From Epiperipatus broadwayi (taxonomy: Eukaryota; Animalia; Onychophora), in contig JAQFVV010000005.1 of NCBI GenBank assembly GCA_028023455.1, positions 7,006,001 to 7,070,000 on the forward strand: a DNA stretch of 64,000 nucleotides, given 5' to 3'. Below, one piece after another: positions 38,053 to 51,289 of this stretch (position 1 is its first letter; each line of letters starts with the position of its first letter). The translations under genes and the position numbers were made by a program. The notes under the pieces are model-generated. The model was not told the origin of the DNA. It searched no databases and saw only the letters and a program-made list of their open reading frames with translations.

Positions 38053-40315
38053 CATTTTATTTTCACTTACATTTATTTTATAGCATTTTATTCTTATTTC
38101 AATTATACTTTATTTTTTTCCAACTTTGATTCTTCCTTTCATTTATTTATTTTTTAAATTTAATTAATAGTCAATGCCGTTACAATGCAAGCAAAGAGCA
38201 AATACAGATACAAATTTACTTCATATCTGTACCACTGACCAAACCCCGAGGCAATACATACATATTATCTTGGCGTTATATTTCCCGGCCAATAACTCTT
38301 GGCTGCTGAACAAAGCAAAACTATTTCCAAGAAATTTACAAATGTCCAGCGCTTGCTATTTATTTTATATAATTGGGAAGATTCTCACAAACAAGCAGCA
38401 CATGAATCCTTACCCTTTAATCAATAAATTACAGTTTCCCCACTGTTGTAGCTTATTGATAGGAGAATAAAGCAAGTACAAACACTTTAAATATAATGAA
38501 TAAATATGTTTAATAACACACACACATATATAAAAAAATACATAATAACAATAAAAAAATTACACACTTATATAAATTACATAGCAATGATAAATAGAGT
38601 AAAACATATTGAATATTAAAGTTACGTATTTAAGTTCTCCTGAAATTATACTGGACAGTGTTCTAAGTCTATCAAGATTATTTCTTCCTAATTAGATTTT
38701 ATTGTCTGGTTCTTTCCTTCTTTATTTATTGGCGAATATAAAAATAAAAAAATGCATGCATGCTTTTTACCTAGGTTTTCGTTGTAGTTGTTTCCATGGG
38801 TATTTCTTTTGATCACTCTTAACCGTCCAGTGGGAGATCATCCTTTTTTTTTGTAGAGACGGTATGTCCTTCACTGTCGGCTGGATTGATTTTCTCTCTC
38901 AGTTTGTGGGGTTATTTCTCATTCCAGTTTTTTTTACTTCTTGTCGATTCTTTAGGTAGATTTTTAAGTTGTCAGTCACAGAAGCGGCGGTCTCTCTAGC
39001 AGGTCAGGCATAGATCTTACATTGTGAGTCAGTGGTGAGACGGATTGAATACGAACCCACGTCCCTTTAACGCCACTAGCCGCGCACTTCTTTCATTTTC
39101 TTTTAGCTGTTGCTTTCTCAAAATCTCTACTCGTAATGATCAGATAATAATTGTAACTCTCTTACTGTCTTTCTTTTGTTCATTGTTTTTGTAAATTTTT
39201 AATTAATGTTTTAGATTTTCCGACGAACTCTTATCAACCTATTTGTTTAATTAGTGGCTGGAATGTAGGTTTTAATTAATTTAGCTGTAATTATAAGCTT
39301 TTCCTTGTTATATATTTTTCTTTGTCCGAGGAATTTAATTAGTCCAACAGACTTTCACACCTACGGCCATATTGTTTTTATATTACATATTACATTTAAT
39401 TTTTCACATTTATGTTTATAATTCATTTTAACTTGTTACAATATAGTTTTTAACAAGAGAGGAAAAGACGCATTTTTTTTATGCATCCCCTTCCCCTCTC
39501 CCACAATAAATAGAAATAACTTTCAAGCATTCGACCTACTCGGTTTTTTTTGTTAAAAAGAGAGAAAGAGACGCATTTCTTTATGCACCCCCTCCCCTTC
39601 TCTTACTATTACAAAATCCAAAGTAATTTAGATATTTGAATTTCAACTTTCTCTTTGCCTTTTTTTTTTTNNNNNNNNNNNNNNNNNNNNNNNNNNNNNN
39701 NNNNNNNNNNNNNNNNNNNNNNNNNNNNNNNNNNNNNNNNNNNNNNNNNNNNNNNNNNNNNNNNNNNNNNNNNNNNNNNNNNNNNNNNNNNNNNNNNNNN
39801 NNNNNNNNNNNNNNNNNNNNNNNNNNNNNNNNNNNNNNNNNNNNNNNNNNNNNNNNNNNNNNNNNNNNNNNNNNNNNNNNNNNNNNNNNNNNNNNNNNNN
39901 NNNNNNNNNNNNNNNNNNNNNNNNNNNNNNNNNNNNNNNNNNNNNNNNNNNNNNNNNNNNNNNNNNNNNNNNNNNNNNNNNNNNNNNNNNNNNNNNNNNN
40001 NNNNNNNNNNNNNNNNNNNNNNNNNNNNNNNNNNNNNNNNNNNNNNNNNNNNNNNNNNNNNNNNNNNNNNNNNNNNNNNNNNNNNNNNNNNNNNNNNNNN
40101 NNNNNNNNNNNNNNNNNNNNNNNNNNNNNNNNNNNNNNNNNNNNNNNNNNNNNNNNNNNNNNNNNNNNNNCACGTGAATCTTCCGATCTTTTGCCTTTTT
40201 TTTTTTTAAAAATTTAATAGCTAATCCATTTACCTTTATTACTTCTAGTAGCTACTTTATCTAATTTTTATTAATAAATATATACGTGTGATGACGACTT
40301 TACATGGTAGTCACA
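37946..40315 (-). repeat. 5' LTR (contains a 57-nt T run, a ~100-bp internal duplication and an assembly gap)
   Basis: Homologous to 33638-35421. T run at 37992-38048. The AGACGCATTT..ATGCAYCCC block occurs at ~39460 and again at ~39565. Confidence 0.85.
39671..40170. other. Assembly gap (500 N)
   Basis: Run of N. Both flanks contain TTTGCCTTTTTTTT, suggesting little real sequence is missing. Confidence 0.98.
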
Positions 40316-42729
40316 CTTGTTATTGTTGGTATAGTATTGCTTGGCCTCACAAAATAAGGCCCTATTATATTTATCATTGTGCTTGATGGAGTGGGTCCTC
40401 ATCCTTATTATGCTGTTCCATGAGGTGATAGTGCTTATTTCCGGTGATTATTCACATATTTATAAAGTACCTAGATCCCTGGAGAGGATAATATATATCT
40501 TGGTGTGTCTTTCTATGTTTTCCTGATGCACTGTGACAAAATCCAGGCATTCTCTTTTCTGCCTCAGAAGTAGATATGTTGGAAGCCACTACAGTTTTGC
40601 TGTGTTGTTTAGCTCTGCGGAGCATATTGTTGGCCTATCACTCATGATGTGCTTAAAGTTATTTTTTCCACCATGGTAGGTGAGATGTTTTTGATATGTA
40701 ATGACAAGATAAGTTAGTTTGAAGGACTTAGTTTCTTCAGGTTGCACTTAGTTATTTTAGTGCTTAAAGGTATAACAATGTCTGTATTGTGCTGTTATGA
40801 TATTATTATCATCCACAAATCAACCGAAAACAGTTAATACTTTTTAATATATAAATTGTAAGCATATGGCCAGTAAGTGCAATCCACACATGCTATGTAA
40901 TCAATGTATTCATCCAGAGTTTTCGCCGATGGATGTGTAAGTCTTTTAAATTTTACATTTTAGTGTAATTTATATTAGATGGACAATAATTTCTTATATT
41001 TATATGTGCAAATGACTTCTGATAAGTGGCCCATACATTTTACTTATTTAGTCATTTATTAGTTTATAATTCTAAACAACAGGAGTATAATTATTTATAA
41101 TTTGAGATTTATTATGGATATGCCAGACATTGCTTAAATGTGTTTGGCTTATTATATCAAGCACGTGCAGATTAGTTTATTAATCCTGGTTACTAATTTT
41201 ATAATGTTATTGTAAAGTAAATAAAGTGAAATTATATTTTATTGAGCTAATACTAATTTAATATGAAGCATATAAATTTAGAATGCTCAAAAGTACTTTT
41301 AGGGGTTATTTATTTGAAGGGAGTTGTATAAAAAATTAGCCAGTGTTCACTCTCAAATTTTAATAAATTATTAAATAGGGTGATTTATATAAATTCAATT
41401 ATTTCTCAAAAGAAACCTTGATAGTTTATTTATAAGAACAAAGGAGTTATTCAAATACTGTTAATCAAAAGACCTAATTGTAACAGCGCTATCTTGGCAA
41501 TATTTCCTAACTTATGTAAGTATTCTTTTTTGTTGTTTTATATTGTCATAATTGTTAATAAACCAATTTATTTATTAAAATAAATTTAGTTTCTGTTTAT
41601 TTTATTTTTTGTATGCTATTGTCATTGGGTTCACAACAACATTTATTATTTACATTAAATTAAAGGTATACAAAATATTTTCATACTTATAAAAATACAC
41701 TAAAGCCATGAATATAATTGTGATTCCTGGATTAAATCATATTAACAGGTTATCACGTATTTACAGATACTCACTATGATATTCTATTTTAAGGATTGTT
41801 TAAAACTATGTCATCTTCTAAGATAGAAGATTATGTATGATGAAATGAAGACTGCTTGATATTTTGGAAGATTATTCATGATATTTCAGACTGCACATTA
41901 TCTTGTTATATTTAGTTAAGGTCCATTTGCATTTAATTTCATATGAAGGTTGTCTGTGAGCAGGTGGAGGGACATAAAAAGCACCCTTGTCTTTCTTTCA
42001 TCTCCAGTGATGTCCTGGGTAATAGGCTATAATTAGTTTAAATTTTGAATATTTTGATTATATAATTAAATATTTGAATAAATATCCTTTCTGTAATTTA
42101 ATAAAATATACTTACCTTATAGTATGAAGCAGGCACTACAAGTGTAGTGCTTGCCTCCCACAGTCACTCCCTCAGTTATTTATCCATTCAGTCACTTGGT
42201 TAGGCAATGTCATATCTTAGCACACTTCACAAGAGTTAGAGTAAACCCCCTGAGATCATTTACTCTTGTTAGTCTTTTAGTGAAGTATCCCATTCCGTTT
42301 GTGTATAGCATAGTATTAAACATTGTCATTGTGAAATAAGTATTTCTTATTTATATCATAAGAAAAGTACATCTTAAACTAGATTACTTTAATTAAATTG
42401 TGACAGGTTGTGTTATTTAGAAATAATGTCAAGTATTATATTTATGTTGAAATAAGAGATAAGTAGATCTATTAGTGAAACATTCCTTAAATAAAAATTT
42501 GTTTTATTCAGAAAATTTGATCTGATGGGAGGCTGATTCTAATAACTATTCAGTAAGAGTGAAAATGTACTCTATATTGTTTATTTTAAATTATTTATCA
42601 TGTTCTAATAATGATTTGCATTATAATTAGATTTTGCTTTTATCTGATTGTATATCTCTGTAGTATCATTCATACTTAAAATTTATTGTAACCCTACTGT
42701 ATCTAGCTGAAGAGTCTCTGATTATTTTT

Positions 42730-43130
42730 TTTTAATTATTTTTTTCTCTCTTTCTATTTTTCTTTTTCTCGCTTTTTTCTTCTTCTCCCTCCCTCTCTTT
42801 CTCTTGCTTTCTCACTATTTCATTGTACATCCTCTCATCCTCTTCTTTTCTTTTATCTACTCCATTCTTATTTCTTTCTCTTCTTTCCTCCCCTACTCCA
42901 TTTCTCATAGGTTATAAGTTTCTCTCTTTATCTTTTCTATTTTTCCCTCTTCATCTTTCTCTCTCTCTTCCCCTTCACCCTCCCCTCTTTATTTATTTTA
43001 AAAGATTCTCATTTTCAACCTTCTCTCTCCTCCCATCTTACCTACACTCTCTTATCTTTAGGTTATAATTTTTTTAAATTTCTCTTGCTCTCCCTCTTCT
43101 CTTCTTCTTTTTCCCTTCCCCTCATTATCA
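42730..43130. repeat. Low-complexity polypyrimidine (CT-rich) tract
   Basis: About 400 bp almost devoid of G on the + strand. Confidence 0.85.
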
Positions 43131-44103
43131 TTAGGTTACAATATTAATAAAATGACTTTGGTTTATGTTGAAAATATTTATTTTCATTTATTTTTTCAAG
43201 TGTGATGTGCAGTATTTTGCATAAGAGTAAGGCTAAAAGTTTTACAAAATTTTAGAACATAGTTAACATTAATATGAACTTAAAAAAATAAAGAGCTTAT
43301 ATATTCTTGTTAAAGAGGATGAGTTTATTTTGTTTTTATAAGAGAAAAAACTTATTAAATATAAAATAATATTGCCTACAGAGCATATTAAATAGAAAAA
43401 TTTATTTTATAATGTTATTTTATATATGCGTACTTAATATAAAAATAGTATCTGTGATCTGTATTATATTTGTGTGTGTGTGTTGAAAAGTACTTTACGC
43501 TTGAAGTTTAGTAAACAATCTATTCTAATCAAAGTTTATTAACAAAATGTTAACTGTTATATGCTATGTACATTTGTACACTGGATACATTTGGAACAAA
43601 ACATAGCATAATTCAGAGCCACTTTATTTTTGCATGCAATAAAATTTTAAATATTTGCCAAGGGAGATCACATATTAAATCAAGCAAATATTTACCATAA
43701 AAGACTATCATTTAAATAAAGTAAAAAAAAAAAAAAATATCACTGTAACTATTAACAGAAAATAATGTTTTTAGTAAATGTGGCAAGTTTCTATTCATGA
43801 TGTATTTTCTTTTATTTTGCATAAATGTTTAAATTTATATGATTTTCATTTATTTGAAAATAGATTCATATAATGAGAAATATTCCAATATTTTACTAAT
43901 GACTTTTTTGAAAACTTTTGAATTAAATTTAAAAATATATATACAGTAATTGCATTTTACTTTTACATTTATCATTTCAAATATTTTCATAAAACTACAA
44001 ATATGTAAAATGTATTTTAATAGCTAAAAATAAGTCACACATCACATGGCCAAATGCTGCCAACAGAAAGCATTTAAAAATTCTATCTAGAAAGTATTCC
44101 TAT

Positions 44104-44137
44104 CCTCAGACCAATTTCATGCTTTTGGCATACCTCA
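44104..44137 (-). ncRNA. Partial hammerhead motif in the left arm
   Basis: Minus strand TGAGGT-ATGC-CAAAA-GCAT-GAAA-TTGGTC-TGAGG. Truncated at the start of the catalytic core, and the 5' strand of stem I is missing. Confidence 0.6.
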
Positions 44138-44145
44138 TCCCAGCC

Positions 44146-44185
44146 CCTCACTGAGGAATGCCAAAAGCATGAAACCTGTCTGAGG
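44146..44185 (+). ncRNA. Intact-looking minimal type-I hammerhead ribozyme
   Basis: Stem I CCTCA/TGAGG, core CTGAGGA, stem II ATGC/GCAT with loop CAAAA, GAAA, stem III AC/GT, and a GUC triplet. Predicted cleavage is after 44180. Confidence 0.85.
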
Positions 44186-45036
44186 CTAGAGATAATTTTT
44201 AGGTAGAGATTTTTTAAATGCTTTCTCTAGGCGGCATTTATCTATAAAGCTTGCATGCTCTTTTGTTTATATGTAAAATGTATCTGCTTTTTATGGCAAA
44301 CTTTTTTAAGTGAAATTTTTCCAATTTAACATCAAAAACATTTCTTAATAAATTCTGCTCAAACTTTTTAGCCAATGGTGGTTATATTTTATCAACTTTT
44401 GTCAATAGCAAAACATTTTTATCTTCATAAGTAAAAAGTAAGGATATGATAACTTATATAGAAAATTTTTGAGTACATCTTAATAAATGAACTATGTGAT
44501 GGAATATTGAGTTATTCAGAATACAAAACTTTCAATATTGTAATAATATCAATGATTATGAAATTGATAAATCATTCTGGATAATTATACTTCTAGCTGT
44601 CATTATAGTGTAATTGGAAAATATGTGAGCATTATTGGGCTGCATTGTTTCAGAAATGAATGGCCATGACAATATTGTGAAAGGAATTCAATATTCTCTG
44701 GATTTCCAATGCATTTTTCAAGCAACCAAAGCACCAACTGTTATTGATTTTTGTCAACTGATTTTTACTGAAATCAGAGATGTTTTTGATAATTGGAAAT
44801 TAAGATCTTGTATATTAAAGGCATATTTAAAGAAAAAAGACTAGTCAAGAGTATGCTATTTTATAAATAATATCAATTTTTGATTTGAATTTTTGAATGC
44901 TATTGATTAACAGCTAGAAAGCAAAAGATGGAAGTAATAAATGATAAATCTTGTAAATGTTCAAAATGAATATTAGAACATTGAGCAGCAATAATACGGA
45001 AAGAATTATATATTAATATTGTTAAAGATTTTACTC

Positions 45037-45720
45037 AATGTGACACTATTTTAGTTCTCATTATTTTTCATAGTTATGTTAAACCTATAAATGTCATATA
45101 AGTTTCTCAGACTATCTAATTCTTAATGATAAAGTAGATTTAAATATTTGAGGGCAGTCATATCTGCTTCTAAATACTACTACTCCAATAGTTGTATTAT
45201 ACATGTAGTTCAAAAATTAATATACATTACATTTGATAAAGACCATACTATCTTTTATAAATATTATGTTCACAAACAATCATTATGGACATAAAAATAA
45301 ATCCCCATTAATAATCTTGAAGATTAGAATACAAATCCCAATAAACTATAAAATTTCATTTCAAATATATTTTGTCAAATAAGTAATTTTAAAATAATAG
45401 TGCAAAGAAAACAAACAACTCGTACTAAATAATTTATATTCATTCTTTAGAATAAATATTATCCACTTAAGGAACAATATTTCTGTAGTTCTCACTACAC
45501 CACTTTTGAGCAAAGTAGAGAATGATTCCTATCCACTTTTAACATCTTGTTGAGGAGTGTAATCATAAACATATGGATAAATATATGTAAAGAGATGTTT
45601 AATCCACAAGTTGTACATTTTGTGTTGTTGCCCCAAATTGCATTGTCCAGGTTATATAGATAGCCAATTATTACAATTTAACCAATAATTGTCAAGCTTA
45701 TTGCCATTATAATTTTGATA
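45037..45720. repeat. Second dispersed copy of the unclassified repeat at 4885-5560
   Basis: Shared blocks include CCAATAGTTGTATT, GAAGATTAGAATACAAA, AATAAGTAATTTTAAAATAATAGT and GTTATATAGATAGCCAATTA. Confidence 0.8.
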
Positions 45721-47799
45721 CACTGCTGTCACATGTCAAAATTATATTCCAGATATCAAAATGAATCAACACTTGATTTGATGTTAATAGTTATTTGATC
45801 TTCTGAATGTTTCTTGTAGTTTGCTGCAAGACTAGCATTTTATTTTATAGAGTAGCTCTTATTAAGGTGTAGACATATGAGCTTTTTTCAGAGAAAAGTT
45901 TTGAAGATGTTTTAAAGTTCAAGAAATAAATGTTTATCATTTCATGATATCTGATGTTTTAATTGCCTTTACTTTTTCTGGGCCAAATCTTTTTCATTTT
46001 TTTTCAAAATAATATGACTTAGAATATACTATATAAATTTATTACAATTTATATCTTCAAAATTAGAGTCAACTACATGTTCTTTAAAATATCTGATATA
46101 GTATTTTTAGGCTTTGAAAGTTATTAATATTTTGTTAATATATGATGTGACCCCATGTTATGTTTTTCTTGGAAAATTTTCAAAGCTGTAGTTATTACAA
46201 TAAAAGATAGTTGTGTATATATAACCCTTTATGAGTTATAATAATTAGGATTTCTTCAGATAAAAGGGTTTGATGAAAAATTGTTTTAAGATCTTGCATT
46301 GCAAAGAATTTAACATCTAAACTAGTTAGTATCCCTGTTATATAGGAAGCTAGATTAAGATTTCTTGGTAATTATTAAATATGACTACTGAACATTTTTA
46401 TTAGACTATAACTTTTACTTCATCTACTAAATAAATTCAAAAAATATACAAAATAATAAGTGGTATCAGAAAAAATACATATAATTACATATAATCATAT
46501 GACTGTATAATGATTATTACTTACTATAACAGCATAATAAGTTTTGACACAAATTTAGAATATAGTTTGGATAGTCTATTAAAGTTTCAGATCCATTTTC
46601 CAAACCATCTGTGGGAATAAACTGGGTAGGTCTGGCAGCTAGTGTTTTATTTATTAGTCTTTTTTCTGACAAGATTGTTAGCTTACAGGAAATTTTCGAT
46701 ATTGAATTGTTGCTTAATTAGCTTTCTATTTGTGTGCACTTAAGATTTTTCTTACACTCAATTTAATTTATTCTGATTAAATTTTTAAAATAAACTTATA
46801 TAATTTTCATTTATTAGAAGATTAGGTCATTTTTACAAGAAACATTTTGTGATAAAATTCAGATTAAATTTTAAAAACTTACAATTGTATTATATGACTA
46901 TATTTACTCATTTAATATATTTGTTTAAATATTTAAGAGATAAAAATTTGTTTCATAATATTTTTTAAATTATTATGTATTGAATTTTAAAATATAATTG
47001 AATTATGGAAAATGTTATAAAGCACAATATTTTACATTTCATTTTTATTTGTTTTTATATTTATTATTGCTATGTATTCCCATGACTGCAGAACCACGCT
47101 GACTTGGCTTATTTATTAAAATGTTTACATCTATGATTAGCCTTGAATGTCCATGCCAAATAAATATTCTCATCAAACTGTGATGATTAAAACACTGCAG
47201 TAAGATAATTAGCCTGTATAGAGTAATTATGTAGCAATAAAGGCAATTATCATTGGTCTTGTAGACTAACATAAATAATAAAGGGTCAGACAACCTGTAT
47301 AAAAAATATATAATCTATTTGTTACTTACAGAGAAGTCATATGGTTAAACATCTTCTCTTGCTTGTCTATTTAGCACTAATTCTACCAAGATAACATTTT
47401 ATACTAGGATATTGTATTATTGTCACATTTTCTAGAGTGAATTTGACTTGAGACTAGTTAATAACTTCTTGTCATTAATGTGGATGTAATTTTAATTATA
47501 TTCATTTAGCACTAATCATGTAAGATTGTTTCATTTTCATAGTACATAGAAATATTCTAATAACATTGTTATGCTGAGGAATTTAATTGTTTTCAACCCA
47601 TTAATCTTCTACAATGTAATTTGCCTGTCCATTTTCTTACTTTAGTTATAATATATTTTTGAGTTACACATACAAATTCTACAATACAATTTGCATATTC
47701 ATTTTTTTACATTAAGTATAATACAATTTTATTTACATATACAAATTCGGTTAACATGTAACACATTCTACAAAATCAAATTTTTTTAATTCACATACA

Positions 47800-50450
47800 G
47801 TCTTTGAGTTTCTTCAAGTCTTCTCAAAGGAGCAACTGGCCACACATAATCTTTGATGACTTTTTTGCTCTCATTTGCATTTCTTGATGCTTGTTTTCAT
47901 TGGTGTCTAGTCTTTAGTATTTTCGCTTCTTTGATGTGATTCCTTTCTTTTAGATTGGATTGAATTGATTCTTTAGCATTGGTTAATTTGGTAAATCTTA
48001 GTTTATGACTTTTAAGATAGTTTATATATCAGTGAAACTGTTGACCATATTTTAACTTTATTAATCTTAGATGACACCAAACTATTTTATTTCATAGGAA
48101 GAGTATTACATTGCTTTTTTGGTTTCCCAACATTATAGACCACTAGGCAACATGATTTCATATGTCTTCTATTACAAGTCTGCAGATTTCTCATCTCATG
48201 ACACAATCAAAAGTGTTAGAAGATCATGTTAGCAATTACAGTTTTATATTAAGCATTTTTACTTAAAGCATGCTTTGATTGTTGTAAAACTATTTTAGCT
48301 AGTTTATTAGACATCATGTAGTATAAAAGATATATTTTCTTATTATCTACAAACCTTTTAATTCATGAATAGTGAAACCTGACCTTTATTAAATATAATT
48401 GTTGACTTGCCTACAGCTCAATTTGTATTCTTGTAGCATCCTGCCTTTTAATATTTCTCACTTTGGAATATTCAAACCATCTTGAATATTGACCAATAAT
48501 TGCTAGAAATATGGTCCTCTTAAATGATCCATTATATTTTATTAGATTTGATCCCATAGTTATGTGGCTTGTGGCAATAATTGTAAACTTTGTAGTAGCA
48601 TTTTTGCATACTTTGCCATTATTAATGTCTTGTTCAATATTTTTAGTTATAAGAGTTTACATACTATGCTTAATTATTTTCCTAATTGGGCCTCAATTTC
48701 TATTGATATCAGAATATCATCCAAGTGAAAGATTATTTTTTGAAATTGAGTAACAGTCTATTCATTCCTGCTTAAAATAAATTTGGAGTAATTGTTGTTC
48801 TATAAGGAGCACTTATACTTGAACGATGCTTTTTGGGTTGTTCATTATCGACAACTCAGCAGTCTTTGAAGTTAATCTACTTTTGTGATTTATGATTATC
48901 TATGGAACAATGCTAAATATTCATTGTCATTAGTCATAAGATGGACACTTTTATGTATTTATATAAATTCTGTAATTACCATAACCGTAAACATTACTAT
49001 CTAATTTCAGTAGTAATATGACTGAAGCCACCCAGGATGAATATTTAACTTGGCAGATTGTACTTTTATCTACAAGTTCTCTTATTGCATACTTAAAAAA
49101 ATTAAACATTATGACAAAACTATTCTTTTTTGTTTTTCACATGACCAGGAATATATTCTTATTCAAGCTGATTTCAGATAGTTTTGCCTTTAAAATCCAG
49201 GAATTTTTCTAATTTTTTGACTTTTAATTCACCTTTTTATGATCTGAATTATAATTCTTTGTGGACTGAGCCAAGTTGTGCCTAGTAGGAGGCTGATTTC
49301 TACTAACAATATATTGTGGAATAACTTTTCTACACTTGTGTTTCCATCAGTACTTTTACTATTTCTATCAATTTTATCAGGTTTTAATTTTTGTTTATAT
49401 CATTTACATACTAGTTAATGAGTTTTTAAAATTTCTATTTTCTTGCAGTTATTTTTATTATTTGTTTCTCAGTCTCTCTATCATATAACTTCAGTTTTGT
49501 GCCTTAATACATTTGATAATATGGGCCTTTTCTATTTAGATGGTTTTTTTATATTTGTCTGCCTGACTATACATTTAGTTAGGCTGTAAGATGTCTTCTG
49601 TTTTATATGGTATTCTTTTATTATTCTGGACAAATGGTCTATAAAACCATAAATTTAGCAATGGATGCTTTTATATTTGCATTCTTATTTTACATATTCT
49701 GAACTGTCACAATACTAACATATTTCATTGTTAATTATGTTTTTCTTTTGATGTAAAATTTTCTGACTGAAGCTTGCTTGTCAACACTTATTGTTTTGCA
49801 CTTTTGTGAGATTGGATTAAGTTTGTATGATCATTCCACTATGACTTTGTAAGGGGTATATTTTGTCATAGCCTTTATGTGGGATAAATCTGTTTTGATC
49901 TGAAACTGTAGCCATAGTTTTGTTTCATACATTTCCTGCTATAGTCACTCTAGCAAAATTTCTTACTGTGCTGTTTTATAATTACACATTTTGGTCTACA
50001 TAACTTTCTGAAACACACATTTGGTAGGTGCCTTCGAATAATTATTAGAACTACATATGGAATCCATTCTTGAGATTTAAAATGCAGATTCAACTTGCTA
50101 TATGTATTTGTCCCTTATCATTTAGCTCCATAAACATTCCATATTTAGTCTGTCATTGATTACATTCTTTATTAGGAAGTAGTTTTTTACATGCAATAAG
50201 TATGTTTGTTCATGTCAAGCTATGATAGTAATGCTTTTCATAACTTTGGCTAATCTCTATTTAGTTTCTTGACTTCTAAGTGCCAGTTAATACTATTGTT
50301 GACTGAATTAATGGTGCTGTTGATTAAGCCAGTATTACTATTTGCTTTCAGTGCTACATATAATGTAATTGCTCCTTTTCATTTACACAAGTTATATTAT
50401 TGTCTGACTTGTGCTATTTAAATTATTTTGATCGATCTTCTTGATGTTGT
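47800..50450 (-). mobile_element. Ancient, internally deleted Ty3/Gypsy fossil (Mag-like gag-pol)
   Basis: Minus-strand remnants: gag double knuckle CDSSEYVK*ECKYKSIHC*IYGFIDHL (~49620-49710); RT ELVDKSTICQVKYSSWVASVILLLKLDSNVYGYGNY (~48980-49090); FHLDDILI (48704-48730); integrase FLAIIGQYSRWFE (48470-48510). Many stops. No LTRs identified. Confidence 0.75.
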
Positions 50451-51289
50451 GTTATAATCTTGATGGTAAAGAATCACATAATTTAGACATAGCTATTAAA
50501 ATATGTCATGTTTACCAGCTCCAGTATTTATGTTAAATAAATATTCTTCACAAAATACATGATAATATGACCATTATAAGACATAACAGTGTTAGTATAC
50601 AGCTATAAGGCCATTAGGATATATAATGCAAATATACTATAATAAAAGTAAGTTACTTTGCAATGGTAACTCAAATAGCTGTGCACAGTTATATTTATCA
50701 ATTGGCCTATGGATGTATATAAATCACAAATTCCTTTGTGTCTTAGACAAAGATTTATAATCTATTTCTCATCTATAAACTATATTTCCTGAACATCATC
50801 TCTATATTCCTTAGTATTGATTGCTGATTCACTTTTGGTATTCCTTTTACATTATGAGACAATTTTGGTTCCATTTTCAAGAGTGCATCACTTTTGAGAG
50901 TAGTAATAATTTTTGATCATTGCTGTGGAAGAGTGCTAATTTCTTAGATATGTTAATTGCACATTGCTTATTCTTGGATTACTCATAGAAATATACTTAC
51001 ACATTACATTATTCTGCTGAGAATTTTAAGTGCCATCAATCCATTAGTACTCTCTATTGATATATGAACATTCATATTTACAGTCAAAGTAAAATTAAAA
51101 TAAATTCGTTTATTAATCTACTGAGTTAACTTTCAGCACAGTTTTCACAGCATATCTAATAGATAGTTAGCAGAATGTGATAGTAATTCCAATTATAAAA
51201 GTTTAAACTTGGTGGTGTTTGAAAATAACTATGTATAATAGGTAACTGTAAAGTACCACCTACAGTTTCGGATTAAAAAACCAAGATCT

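Larger units (their letters stand above)
33638..40315 (-). mobile_element. Non-autonomous LTR retrotransposon (long LTRs, no pol)
   Basis: TGTAAC...GTCACA termini and a 4-bp TSD CTTG (33634-33637 and 40316-40319). Direct repeats at 33638-35421 and 37946-40315. PBS-like and PPT-like motifs orient the element on the minus strand. Confidence 0.9.
44016..44268. mobile_element. 253-bp ORF-less fold-back insertion with hammerhead motifs, probably PLE-derived
   Basis: Inverted arms at 44052-44137 and 44152-44239 with a 14-nt spacer. Exact 15-bp direct repeat ATATGTAAAATGTAT at 44001-44015 and 44269-44283. Confidence 0.8.

Noticed and set aside
39636-40217. Three long ORFs in the ORF track
   Set aside because: They are almost entirely X from the 500-N assembly gap.
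40320-40960. Possible LINE C-terminal CCHC region or Tc1-like IIGPYF motif
   Set aside because: The two interpretations conflict on opposite strands and neither has supporting neighbouring motifs.
42129-42154. 11-bp hairpin GCAGGCACTAC-AAGT-GTAGTGCTTGC, possible Helitron end
   Set aside because: There is no CTRR terminus at the right distance and no matching 5' TC end. It is an isolated hairpin.
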